DNA of 64,000 nucleotides, taken from assembly GCF_009914755.1 (NCBI RefSeq), contig NC_060925.1. One strand, 5' to 3'. The notes beneath the pieces are model-generated. The model was not told where the DNA came from, did no database searches, and was given only the letters and a program-made list of their open reading frames with translations. The position numbers were made by a program, and so were the translations under genes. Source of the stretch: the human T2T-CHM13v2.0 reference genome, Homo sapiens. Numbering within the stretch: the stretch's first letter is position 1; every line of letters starts with the position of its first letter. Below are positions 32,268-51,468 of the stretch, one piece after another.

Positions 32268-32859
32268 CCAGACAAAAGACATGGGAGAAAGAATCTTGGA
32301 CAATTCATACTAGTAGCACGTATTTATTGTACACCTACCATGTCCCAGGCACTGGAGCTAGTACCATTACTTAATCAAGTATTTTAAAATGGCAAAATTG
32401 TAGATAAAATGTAATCTCTGAAAAGTAACATTTTTTTAAGTTCACCTTAAAAGAAAGCCTAATGTGGTATCTGATTGAAGTTAACTATTTCTGAAGTTCA
32501 GGTGCAAAAGGAAATGCAGAATAATCATGAAAAATGTTTAAAACACAGGTGTTTTTATTGGAATAAAGCCCCATCCATTTGTTTATGTATTGTTTTCGTT
32601 TGCTTTCACGACATAAGGGCTGAGTTGAATAGCTGGCACACAGACGGTGCAGCTCACAAAGCCAAAGTATTTATTGTAGCCTTTACAGAAAAAGTTTGCC
32701 AATTCTGTTTTAGTCGGTTTCTTTTCCAATACCAGACTCTATTTTTACTATAATTTATTAGTTTTGATATCTGGTAGGAAAAGACACACGCCCCCACCAG
32801 GGTGTATATAAATAAAATAAAATATTGTGATATGGGGAGGAGACAGACATACCCATTAA

Positions 32860-33604
<745 letters not shown>

Positions 33605-34914
33605 AACCAATAGAACAATGAAGCAGAAATGGGCTCAGATATAGGTATTTTAAATGAGTGGGAGAAAGATGAACTATTTGGAAAAAAACTTTAATCCATA
33701 GCTCACACGACTCAAAAAATAATGCCATAATTAGAGAAACAATTTTTTAAAATCTACAGTAATACTAGGAAAATATAATGGAGCATATTCACATAACATT
33801 GAAATGGAAAAAGCTGTTTTAGCAACACAGAGCCTTATAGCCAGAAGTATTAATAATAAAAAGAAGATTTATCTATATGAAAACTTAAGTCTCCTGTAAG
33901 GTAAAAGATAACACGAACAAAGTTTAAGAAAAATAAAACAACATTGGAAAAATATATTTGTAACAAATATTTACGTAACAAAAAATTAACACATAGAACA
34001 TACAGATTTTACAAATCACTAAGAGAAATATTAATATTAGAAAAATAGGCACTGGCAATTCAAAACAAAAGAAAACCATATGGAAAATGTCTAACATCTG
34101 GAAGTAAATCAGAGATTTTTATACTAATGTAACAAGTATCAATTACTGACCATGGGATAGGCAAAAAAGACTGATAATACTCTGTTCCTAGGAAACAAGG
34201 ACTCTCATATCCCAATGTTAGAAGTTTAAACTGGTATCCTTTGAAGTGGAAGAAATATTATATTGCAGTAACTAAATATTTTAAATGTACATTCCTTTTG
34301 CCCAAAAACTCCACTTCTGAGTATATGTATAAGCCCTGAAATACTGTATGTTAGAATGAAAAACTGGAAACTACCTAGGAAATACCGAAATGGTATATAA
34401 ATTACGGGATATCCATGCCACAAAACACTATACCCACATATATCCATACAATGAAACATATGCAGCAAATAAAATGAAGTAGACCCACATGAATTAATAG
34501 AAACATCTCTAATGCATACTGTTAAATGAAAAAAGCAGTCACATAAACAATGTTAATTATGCTGTGTATGTAAATTAATGAAAAAGTTGTACACATTTAT
34601 GCACATAAATACTTAAGTAAATGCATAGGAAGAGGGTCTAAAAGGATACATGTCAAACAATTAAGCAAAGAATCAGAAGTAATTTCTGTGCAAAAGAATG
34701 GAAATAAGGAATAGGAAAGACGGCACCTCCACTTTTATTTCTGAAAGCAGAGAACCACCTGATTAAAAATATGGCATCTGGGGTCAGACAAACCTGAGTT
34801 CAAGTCTAGATGCCTGTCACTTAACTACATGAACTCATACTAGTTACTTATTTCTTCTAAACCTCACTTGTAAAATGGTGATAATAGTAGAACCTAGGTC
34901 ATGAGTTGTTTGAA

Positions 34915-35430
34915 TTTTATTTTGTGGAAAAAATACATAACATAAAATATGCCATTTTAACTATTGTTAAGTGTACATCAGTAGCTTTAGTTACATTCAT
35001 AATGTTGTACAAACATTAGGATCACTATTTCTACAATTTCATCACCCCACACAGAACTCTGTAAACATTAAGCAATAATTCCCCATCCCCTCCCCGACCC
35101 ACCACCACATCCCATGCCTGGTAACCACTAATCTACATTCTGTCTCTACGGAATTTGCCTATTCTATATACTGAGTATAACCAGAATCATGTATGTCTGG
35201 CTTATGTCACTAGGCATGTTTTCAAGGTTCAGTGATGTTGCACAGCATGTGTCAGAAATTCACTCTTCTTATGGCTAAATAATACTCCACTGTATGCTTA
35301 TGCTACAGTCATTTTATCCAACTACAAGTTAATGAAGACTTGGGGTGTTTACATTTTTTGGCTATTGTGAGTGGCTATTACATGCCAGTGCTATGAACAC
35401 TGGCATGTAAGTACCTGTTTGAGTCCCTCA
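34915..35430 (-). mobile_element. L1MB 3' end inserted in a MIR
   Basis: Reverse L1MB 3' UTR motifs (ggtaaccactaatctac, gtacctgtttgagtccct). Confidence 0.8.
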
Positions 35431-36943
35431 ATGGGTTAAAAATGGGTTTTTAATTAAATAAGAATATATAATACTTAATGTGATATCTGGTGCATAAAAT
35501 GGCTCAATAAATGTTAATTATACTGTTTTTTAAATAAACATATATTCATGTACAACTTGTGTATTTTCTTTTAAATAATTATGACTAAATCAGAGCAAGA
35601 TCTAATGGTGAGCTAATGACACAGCTAAAGAAAGTACGTGGCCAGGAGGCAGATATTATCAGTAGAGAAAATCTGTGAGTGAGAAATTTAGGTAGCAGTC
35701 TTTTGTGCACAGTAGAGGGATATGTTAAACACTGGGCAAAAATATTAATCCACTTGGCACATCATTCCTATCATGCTATCAGAACTTAAATTCACTAAAG
35801 TAGCTATCCTTATTCCAGTTTCATTCTTCAAGTAAACATCTGATAAAATTTTTCCTGTAGGAAAAAAAAAAGCAGTGGGGAGAACGATACAAATGACTCT
35901 GATGGCTGATAGATATATTCTTTATTGGAAATTCCTAACTGGCATTCTAGTTCATCTACTTTGCCTCCTATAAATAAGACTACTGAATATACTTGTATCT
36001 CTGATTCTGATCAATAAGGCTGAAATTACGAGCTTAGTAAATTCACCCAAAAAAAGTCTTCAGTATTCATTTAACTCTTCATGTATTTAACTCTTTACTG
36101 AGCACCTATTCAATACCAGATATTGTACTAGAAATGGGAAACATTCTGGGTAGTTACCTACTCAATCTTCCCATAGCAACAATCTCATTACATGCCTTCT
36201 TTCGAGCATCCTCAGTTATCACACCACTAATAATGTATAAATCAACAACTGGTTCACCATAAATTTTACAAAATAGCTTCCTAGAAGATAAATTACAAAG
36301 AAAGAAAAAATAAATATAGGTACTAAGTAAATGTATTTCTATCCAGCTGGTAAGAACACTATTATAAATTAATGTTTAACTCTTTCATATGTTTAAAATA
36401 TGACAAAAGTGAAAAGCAAAGTTTGGCCACTTTGTTTATCTTTTTAAAAGTTCTTCCAAATTAGATTTTGGAAAAAGAAAGAGAATGTAAAGATAATTTT
36501 AAGGTCACCTATAAGAATAAATGTAGGAGAAAAGCCAAGAAAACATTTAAAAAGAAATATTAAGGTCCTTACCCTACTGCTCTTAAAGTGTGTTCTAAAA
36601 TTATCAGTTCCAATATAGACAATCTAAAAGTAACCTACATATACCACAGATATATCAGAATTGGATATTTTTATGTTCTTTGGATGGGGAAGAAGTTTTC
36701 TAAACAGAATGCCAAAAGAAAAACCCTAAAGGAAAAGATTTAACTAAATAAAAGATAGTTTTATTATGTACTGAAGTTTTATTTTTAAAAATACTCTAAG
36801 TTAAAAAGAAAAAATACAAATGGGGGAAATATATGTAATCTATGATGGTCAGAGGGTTGCTATCCCTAAAATTCAAGGAGCTCTTACAATATAGTAAGAA
36901 AAAAAAGAACACTATAATAGAAAATTGGGCAAATGTGTAAGGT

Positions 36944-37071
36944 GTTTTTGATTTTAGATTTGGGATCTCACTATGTTGCCCAGGCTGGTGTCAAACTCCT
37001 GGTCTCAAGTGACCCTCTGCCTCAGCCTCCCTAATAGCTAGTATTACAGATGTGAGCTACTGCTCCTGGCC
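36944..37071 (-). mobile_element. FLAM/Alu left monomer
   Basis: Reverse left arm only. Confidence 0.85.
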
Positions 37072-37361
37072 CTGTAATTTCAAAAATAAATTATAAGTTG
37101 ATTTTAAAACATATTTTTAAAGTCATAAACCAAGAGTATAATGAACAGAATAATTATTTTTTTAATGAAGTATATCAAGTAATTGAGAGATATGGTTTCA
37201 GAGTCAGAAAAAGTTGACTGCAAAACCTGGCTCCATCATTAAATAAGTTACTTAACCTATCTAATTCTCCATTTCTTTGCAGAGACTAAACTATTTACTA
37301 ACTCAAACGTATTGGCAAGATAAGTATTTTATACATAAGTGAGATAAAAACTTCAAAGAGG

Positions 37362-37921
<560 letters not shown>

Positions 37922-38849
37922 CTTTAAAGAGGCAAGACCTGGCTGTAAGATGACTGATAAAAATAGGGAGGAGTTCAACTTATAAGGAAAAGAATGATGC
38001 CAGTGGAGACTTCAGAAGAATATTTTAACCTGCTAAAATATGTGGGTGGGACTGAGACAGGTAGCACATGTGATCTGTCCATGGTCCTGAACCTCCATGA
38101 AATGTTAGGACAATAGTTCATTCTAACTGTGAAATACTGATGACACTTCCTCAAAGTTCCGTAGGAATTCTCAGATAAGCACCAAAGGAAAAGAATGGAA
38201 GAAACAAGGAAAAAAAAAAAAAAAACACAAATAACCCAAAGCTCTTGGAACAGCTTAGCCAATGAGAGATGACAGGTTTGGGATTGGGAGGTGGTGGTGG
38301 GGGGAGGTGTTTCCTGGTTTGATAGTTTTCAAATATTCGTATACACCAAAAAAAAAAAAAAAAAAAAAAAAAAGGAAGAGTATTTCCCCCACCCTGTAAA
38401 TTTGAGAGAAATAGTCTTACAGAAAGACTATGGAATTACATATATTTGGGTTTGCAGCAATTCCGTAGTATATATCTCCTAAAATGGCTGATAAAAGTTA
38501 ACAATATACAGTTCATGAATAGGGTAGTAGAGATGCAAGGAGTGAAGGAAAGGAACCCCCCAGTGGCCACATCTCCACAAAAATTCTCCACCTTCCACAC
38601 CTTATAATAGCTATGATCCAAAAGTAGGCACCTGACCCAAACTATTCCAATCAGATTATCTTTTTCTAAATTAAAAGAAACAGAGACTAGAAGTCACAGG
38701 AGAGGATCCTTAGGAAGAGCATAAAAGAAAGTGATTACTTTCATAACTTAAATGTGGAAATTTCAACTGGGCAGTCTCAAACCGAAGAGAAATGAAGTGT
38801 TATGTCTTCCAAACAACTAGAGGGGAAAATTAAATCTGGCAAATATACT

Positions 38850-42400
<3,551 letters not shown>

Positions 42401-44125
42401 ACCCTTAGTAGTTTTTAACTTAACTTCTAAGCCAATATTGCCAGAGAAAAGATTCAAACTAGGCCACTAAGACTGACTTTAGAGCCCAGGCTTTCTCCAC
42501 TACACTACAGCAGTGGTTGTGAAATTTTTCTGTTGTTGTTACACTGTCTCTACAAAGCTTTTGAAAAGCAATGTACTGCCTTGAACACTTTTAAATTATA
42601 ACTCAAATGTTTAATTATAGGTTTAAATGGATGCAGATGGTGTAATTTCTAACCTATTTCAGATTGCGTATGTGCTTTAAATAGAATTCTATCAAAACCT
42701 GGAATTTATGAAAATTTATGGAAAATGTCCACAACATAATCTAATTGGCAAAGCCAGTCCTCACTGTCAAAATGACAAAAGTAAGACTTGTTCTCTAACA
42801 CTCAACTGAGACTTGAAGGGAATACTAGGAAGTTAAGGTAGAACCCCAATGTTCTGGGATTCCAAAACAGCCTTTAAAATTCCCTTTTGTTTCTTGCATG
42901 GGATCAAGTTATTGGGATTAGTACTACAAAATATTGACCTTGTTCAATTTAGTACTTCAATTAGTATTAAACTTTACTGAGAAGTAAACCATACTCCAAA
43001 TTGTATATCCCTAATTGCGTTTTGGGGTCCTAGGTCATGAGTTCTTAAAAAGAATAGTAGTACTTGAAATAACATATATTATTATAATTATAATCAACTT
43101 TAGCTCATCAGGGTAAATTAAAGAGGAGCATGACAGGCAAACATATTTATATTTGACTTATTTTTGTACTTTATTTTGAATATCAGTATGTCTGACATTC
43201 TTGGAATTTTTAGCACTGTTAAGGCATTAAGTGATTTAAATTTAAATTAGCCCAATATGAAGATGTGATTTTAGAGAAGCAGAAGTTACATTCTTTTCTT
43301 CAGGCTTAAAACCAATAACATCACCATTCAGACTTAACTGGGCAAGTTGTGGTCCTAGCCTTTTTTTTTTTTAAGCTTACTGTCTTGTAATTTTTTTTAT
43401 TTAATGAAGTGTTTTGTGCAGAAGGTATTTCCTGAAGGTTAAATTAGGATGGAAGACAGATCCGTAGTTCTCTCTTCCATTACATCTTTCTTTTGGTCTT
43501 CATGGATGTGAGGATCCTGCTGCCTTGATGGCATTAGTTGGAAACCTGTGTTCTCCTAACTCCATCAACTCTTCATTAGCTCAATTTTGAGATAATGAAA
43601 AATTGACTGGAAATTTAAAATTCAAACTACTATCTTTAAATAAATTCTGGTCTCTTTTGAAGATGTATTCTAAAAGAAAGGAAATAAGTTACAGTGATGG
43701 AGGTACTGCTTTCATAAAACAGTTTTTTCAGTATTTTGATAATTTCTATACTAATTTTAATAATAGAAAACTTAGTAGACTGCTACTGTTTTATATCCTA
43801 AAGTTAAAATAGCATGGAAATATCTGTAAAGGTCTGACCATACCAGAAAATTAAAGTTGAGATATTTAACTATCATTTTCTTACTTCACATATTAAAGTA
43901 ATATAATTTATATTATAAATTAAGTGGTTTAATTCTTTGTAATTCCAAAAGATATATTTAACTGAAGGCTTTATATTTGGAGACATTACTTTTATTTAAT
44001 TAAATATGCTGCCTTATCACCCCAGAAATTTGTCAGCAATTTAAGCCTCTTTGTGGAGATACAGTTTTTTGCAGACTTGAAAATAATTTGATTCACACAC
44101 ACACAAAATTTAACATACTGTACTA

Positions 44126-44451
<326 letters not shown>

Positions 44452-46259
44452 TTAAAACCTTGTATAAAAAAAGACTTATTTTCTATTAGAATAAGTCTGA
44501 CTTTAATTTTTAATTCAAATGAATGTGTTATTACATAGCCTGGTATCAACCATTTTGCTTCAGAGTTCTCTGAAAGAAGACGGATAAGAATTTTGCCACT
44601 GGTTTGTAAGCTAGTGAAATAAAATACCTGCTTCAATACTTTTTATAGAAGCTCTTTTTCTTTTGCCCTCTTTCAAGAGCAACACATTCTCAAACAGTCC
44701 CTTTTGTTTTACACCTAAGAGATCTTCACAACACAAGACAGTACCATGGGAACATATGAGATGGGTGAGAAATATGCCTTTATTTTATAAAAATGGGAGA
44801 TGGTTCATTGTGAAATGGGAGTGGAAAGAAAATCCACAGAGTTCAGACTGTTCTCAAACAGATGGATTTTAGAAGACTAATTAGGAAAGCTAAAGACCTG
44901 AAAATTGATTCCCTTAAAACTATATGCATCCGCATATCCCTTGGAAAGTCTTCACGCACCAAGGATACAGATACCACAGTTTGAAGACTATTACACTAAA
45001 TTATCTCCTGAGCTTTAGTAGATCTTTTAAAAACTAAAATTGCCAATTTATATTTTAACAAAAAAAATCTGATCTTAATTGACTCTCCGGTATAAATGAA
45101 TGATAAAAACTTACAAATGGACTGCATTCTGGAAGTTCTGTTTCCTAATAGGGATCGTCTGCAGTATGCAAGAAGGATTGTTTTAGCTGAGACAGAGATC
45201 AGTTTCTTAGCCTGCTTCTCTTCTAAGGTAAGCATGCCAAGCCAGGGATCCCAGCACAACAGCTCAGGGGGTCAGAACTGCCTCTCAGGGCCTCTGCCTC
45301 TCTGGGATAGACCGGCTGCTACTGGTAGCCAAGACTCCATCAGCAGTTATGCAGTGCCTGTTCCATAGCCCAGATACTGCACCAAGTCAGCTGTCTCTCT
45401 CCTCACCACATTCTCCCAAATTCCAATCCTTCACTTCCACAAACACCATGGCCCATGTGAATGTGGAGAATACTGAGCCATGTGAAAATCTAGGCCAAGC
45501 CAAACTGAGAAAGTTAGCCTAGCAAAACCCTTTATTGCTGTGGTTTAAAGAAAGAAAAAGGCAGTCCTTTTAATCAATCATTAGAACGCTTTCTCGTGAT
45601 TGGCTGCTCTGGTTTTACACAAAACCAGGTGGGGTGTGAGTAGGTCATTGCCCTAACCCTCAGAGTCACTTTTTTCCCCCACTCTCACCCCAGACATGCC
45701 AGGGAAACTCCAAAGCTCCTCAGAGCACAGCTCCTAAAGGGATTACCAGGCCCAGTTCTCCAACCTGTACAACTGCCAGCCCCATTCCAGGTCCTGTGAT
45801 TTCAGGCAAGGGCTCTTCTCTTGGATCCCATGGTCCAGTAGACATGAGGCCCTCAAAAGCAGTTGTCCCAGGGCCCCTGGAAGCAGCTCAGAGCCCCCAC
45901 GCTTGCCAGTCTCCAGCTGGTCAGTCTCCTGTGGCTGGTTCCCCATGCCTGTACTGAGCCAGAGGTAGTGGGACCTGGAGGCCCTGAGCACCAGGCAGCA
46001 ATTAAGTCTCTGAGAACCCTCCCAACCACTAGCCTGAGTTAGAGCTTTTGCAAGTGCTCCAACTCAGACAATTAAGTTTTAAGACAAAGCATGAGGCTGA
46101 GCAGAGGAGTGAGATCAGCACTGCCCAAAGACTCAGGAGTCCTGAACCTCTGCACATGTCCCTTAATAACAAAATGGGAAGGGGAAAACCTACCTGGCTC
46201 TGGGTAAAACCAGAGCAGTCAATCAGGAAAAAAGAGTTCTAATAATTAAAAGGAAGAGA

Positions 46260-46558
<299 letters not shown>

Positions 46559-47069
46559 GGGAAAAGAAAAATTTTAAGTGAATTAGAGTAAACATTACCT
46601 AGAATGGCAGAATTAATATTCTTAGGGTGAGAACAGAGATTACCTAAAAATTATTTTATGGTTCCTATTCAGTCCTGTTAAAATGTGATTTCATCACTTC
46701 CTAGGAGTTTAAACCAAAATTAATTAAGCGGTTGTTTATATAATACTCTAAAATGTCTGCATAGAAAATAAAATAACTTCCAGTGTTTACTGTTACACAT
46801 GTGGGATGTGAGGACTGTGATAGCAGCTAAGTCAAAAAGACAGCAGAATTCCTCTAGCACACACTGCAGCAGCAACAGGCTCTCTGGTATTACCGGCAGT
46901 TATCTAAGATCTTGATTAATATGTTATTTTTTAAATGCAGATAAATAATTTTTCAAGTATTTAAAACAGTAATACTGTTTGCTTAGGAGCAGGTAAAACA
47001 CAAACAGCAAAGAAGCACAGCTCTACCTTACTCTTTGCTAGTGGTTCTTACATTTATTCAAGTGCAGAA

Positions 47070-47378
47070 CCAGTGAAATAAGCTAGTCAAAAAAGGACAA
47101 ATACTGTTATGATTCTACTCATGAGGTACTTAAGAGTAGTCAAATTCATAGACAAGAAGTAGAATGACAGTAGCCAGAGGGCAAGGTATGGAAAGTGGGA
47201 GTAAAGTCATTTTTAATGAGTACAGTTTCAGTTTAGCAAAACACAAAATGTTCTGAGATGGATGATCAGGATGGTTGCACAACAATGTGTATGTACTTGA
47301 TGTCACTGAACTATACACTTAAAAAAGATTTAAAATAGTAAATTTTATGTTATATATATTTTAACACAATTTTTTAAA
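47070..47378 (+). mobile_element. L1MB 3' end
   Basis: gtagtcaaattcataga...cactgaactatacacttaaaa. Confidence 0.8.
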
Positions 47379-48140
47379 TAACTTTTTATAATTCATGGGA
47401 TGAAAAACTTTAAATTGAGAAAATTCTACCCATTGACTTAATCTTTCCTAAAAATTAAAGATTTCTATTATTCTATTTTAGTGGCAGAACATCACTACTC
47501 TAAGGACCATGACTTAAAATACACATATTGATACAACAGTATGTTCCTGGAAAAGTACATATAGTCTCATTTGTACTTTTTGTACATATTTTTGTAAGCA
47601 AACATTTATAAATCTGTTGCTATTAAATGCTACAGAAAGTTTTATATAAGCTTTCTATATACACATAAACGAGAGAAATATAAATGAGTGAAAAGTATTG
47701 ACCCACCAAAAAAATGGCAGGCTTACTCTTCATATCCTATGAAAATACTATGATAATATTTACTAATAGTTTATAAAATTTTATCATAATCATTTACTAC
47801 TCTCTCCACCTAAAAATAGAAAAAGCAAATGAAAACCAGGTAGGAAGATTCTATTTGTAATGAAAATGTTTATGCTATAATTATATTTATTTTCAAAATG
47901 CTTTATAAGTGGGAGCTAAACAAAGGGTACATATGGAGATAAAAATGGAGGAAAAAAACTCGAGACTCCAAAGGAAAGAGGACAGAAGTACGGAGGGTGG
48001 AAAAATTACCAATGGATACAATGCCCAGTATTTGGGTGATGAGTACGGAAGCCCAACCCCCCACCATTATGCATGTAATATCCATGTAATAAATAAGCAT
48101 ATGTACCCTTGCATCTAAATTTTTTGTTAATGCTTTATTA

Positions 48141-48412
48141 GGCCAGGCATGGTGGCTCACGCCTGTAATCTCAGCACTTTGGGAGGCCAGGGCAGGCAGT
48201 TCACTTGAGGCCAGGAGTTTGAGATGGGATTTTGCCATGTTGGCCGGGATTTTGCCCAAATTAGCTGGGCATGGTGGCGCATGACTGTAATCCCAGCACT
48301 CGGGAGGCTGGGGCACAAGAACTGCTTGAACCCAAGAGGTGGAGTGGGCTGCAGTGAGACAAGATCACACCACTGCACTCCAGTCTGGGCAACACAGACT
48401 ATATCTCAAAAA
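48141..48412 (+). mobile_element. Alu with an internal inversion, preceded by an L1 3' fragment (~47903-48120)
   Basis: See finding; TSD tgcttta(t/c)ta. Confidence 0.88.
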
Positions 48413-49034
48413 ATATATATACTTTTTAATTAAGTGCTTTACTAGATTGTTTTAAATAACTAATGAATAAACCATAAACTATCTTCTATTAATGCTTTGT
48501 CTTGACACATCAAATGTCATGATGGTATGGTTTGATGAGTATTAAATAGGATATTTTGATATTTTATAACTAAAAATATAAGAATTTGCATTTCCTAAAA
48601 AGTAATGATTTAATTTTTTATATTTTATTCTCCTTGAAATGAAAAGCTGAACTTAAAGCAATTCACAACTTATGAACTAGTCATAATCTAGAAATTTAGT
48701 TACAAATAACTACTTTGGAATTTGGAATACATTATCTCAAAGATTATGTTATAAATACTGGTTGGTTTTCCAGTGAACCACATGTAAGTCCGTAAGCTTT
48801 AAATCTGAGGCCCAGCAGGTGATTATCAAGTATTCTACCCACCACCATCCCCAGGAGAGGGCCTAACCTTAATACTAATAGCACTGGAGAGAATGTACAC
48901 ATTTTCTTAATCTATGATTCCTAAAGAAATACTAAGTTGGTCCCTAAGCCCAAACTTCAGAGCAACATTTGATTGCATTTTTCTCTTGCTGGAAACCCAA
49001 GTTCCCCTAACTGTTAGAAATCCACTTTGTTCTA

Positions 49035-49329
49035 GGCCAGGATTAATTACATCTGTAATCCCAGCATGTTGGGAGGCCAAGGTGGGTGGATCACTTGAGC
49101 TCAGGACTTCGAGACCAGCCTGGGCAACATGGCAAAACCCTGTCTCTACCCAAAATAGAAAAAATTAGCCGGGCATGATGGTACACGTCTGTCATCACAG
49201 CTACTCAGGAGGCTGAGGTGGGAAGATCGCTTGATTCCAGGAGGAGAAGGCTGCAGTTACCCAAGGTTGTGCCACTGCAATCTGTCACTGGGTGAGAGAG
49301 TGAGACCCCATCTCACAAAAAAAAAAAAA
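49035..49329 (+). mobile_element. AluJ
   Basis: TSD aatcc(a/c)ctttgttct. Confidence 0.9.
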
Positions 49330-50269
49330 TAATCCCCTTTGTTCTGGATCAAAGCATTCTCTGGTACATACCTCTGGATAGAGAAACATGGTCCAACGTT
49401 CTCCAGTCTACCCAGCCAGACACACACCCCACCTGACAAAATTCTTGTTTCTTGTGCAAAACAGGTAGCAATACAAACTATCTACACAGTTTCATTAATG
49501 GAGAGTCCAAAACTTATAAAAGGACTAAGCTAACATTAAATGGTCTGGAACTATGATTCTTAATCAGAAGAACACATTGGAATTAACAGGGAAGCATTTT
49601 AAAAACTCACATACACTGACTTCCATCCTGAGTTAACTGAGTCATAATCTCTAGAAGTGAGTAGCAATCATATATTTTTTGAAAAAGCCACTAAGTTATT
49701 TGGATGCATATATCAAGTTAAGCACCACTTCTTCTGAGGACTTTACATCTTACGTAATTATTTAATAACCACAAATTGCCTATGAAAAGCAAACAAAAAT
49801 TTACATTATTGGTTCTATCCATATGCCCCTGAAATAACAGACCCAAATTCCATCCATCTAGCCAGGAAATTACTAGGCCAAAACCAAGCCAGGTAATGGC
49901 GTCCCATAAGAGGTCACAATGAAGGACTGTCAGTATCTGATACTCTGCTTATCTTGACAGGTTATTCCATACAAATTGTATCCTCTGTGAGTCCTAGATG
50001 GTCCTGTCACTAGAAAGAGGATCATTTAGGGTTTACCATGGGATTATCGAATGAGAATAAAATCCACAAAATCTCCACCTGTTTCTCTGTCTCACGCTAG
50101 TGTAAAAAAAGGAGCCACCTCATTTCTGAACAATTCAAATTATGTCAGCAAACCCTAGTTAAAACTGTAACTCTGCCTACTCCTGAGTACTTGGATATAG
50201 GTAAAGAAAAAAAAAATCACAATCATGCTTTTATTAATCCAGCTGGAGTCAGAGAGAAGAACAGCATCC

Positions 50270-51468
50270 TGAGTCGGCACAAGGCAGTTGAAGCCCTAGG
50301 CCTGGCCCCTTGAAACCATTCTGTCCTCCTAAGCCTCTGAGCCTATAATGGGAAGGACAGCCTGGAAGATTTCTGAAATGCCTTCAGGGCCTTTTTCCCA
50401 CTGTCTTAATATCGGCACTTACCTACCTTTTCATCATGCTACTCTCTCTAGCAAGTGGTTGCTCCACAGCCCCCTTGGATTCCTCTCCTGAAAACACTTC
50501 TTCCTTCTTTACTACTGCACCAGACTGAGATTTTTCCAAAATTTTATGCTGTTTCCCTTTTTATTATAAGCTCCAACTTTAAGTCATTCATTTGCTCCCA
50601 TATTTGATCACAGGCTGTTAGAAGCAGTCATATCATTCTCGAATGCTTTGGTGCTTAGAAATTTCTTCTGCCAGTTAGTCTAGGTCATCACTCTTAAGAT
50701 CAGCCTTTCACAAAGTCCTAGAACATGGACACAATGCAGTCAAGTTCTTTGCTAAGGTGTAACAAGGGTGAACTTTGCTCCAGAGTTCCCAGTAAATTCC
50801 TCGTCAGCTTGGGCTTTGTTGTCCATTCTTCTATCAGCATTTTTATCAGAGCCACTTAATCAGTCTTTAGTAAGTTCCAAACTTGCCCTGTCTTCCTATC
50901 ATCTTCTTAGCCCTCCAAACTCTTCCAACCTCCGTACGTTATCCAGTTCCAAAGCCACTTCCACATTTTCAGTTATCTTTATAGCAACATTCCACTCCCG
51001 GTACCAATTTTCTGTATTAGTGTATTAGTCCATTTTGAACTGCTATAAAGGAATATCTGAATGGCTGGGTAATTTACAAAGAGATTTATTTTGGCTCACA
51101 GTTCTGCAAGCTGTACAAAAAAGCATGGCACCAGCATCTGTTTATGGTGAGGGCTTCAAGAAGCTTTCATTCATAGTATTAGGTTGATGCAAAAGTAATT
51201 GCGGTTTTAGATGGAGAAAAGAAGCTGGCATGTCACGTGGCAAGAGCGGGAGCAATGGGGAGTGGGGAGGTATCAGGCTCTTTTTAACAATCAGATATTG
51301 GGAGAACAAACACAGTGAGAACTCACACATTAACCACAGGAAGGACACCAAGCCATTCATGAAAATCTGTCTCCATAACCCAAATATCTCCCACTAGACC
51401 CCACCTTCAACATTGGGGGTCACATTTCAACATGAGATTTGGTGGGGAAAAACTTCCAAACTACATCA
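50270..51468 (-). mobile_element. MST-type MaLR: internal fragment (~50270-51012) plus LTR (51013-51468)
   Basis: MaLR-internal motifs (cttagaaatttcttctgccag, ggtaccaattttctgtattag) and an LTR ending ...caaactacatca. Confidence 0.85.
51177..51208 (+). mobile_element. MADE1/Hsmar1 terminal inverted repeat (single TIR)
   Basis: TA + TTAGGTTGATGCAAAAGTAATTGCGGTTTT, 1 mismatch to the recalled Hsmar1 TIR. Confidence 0.85.

Noticed and set aside
43603-43812. Plus-strand ORF faintly resembling a hAT transposase dimerisation domain (GNLKFKLLSLNKFW)
   Set aside because: The similarity is limited to a few residues, and the expected downstream conserved motif is absent.
44540-44610. Possible minus-strand middle exon after tttatttcactag
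   Set aside because: No convincing GT donor and no recognisable reading frame.
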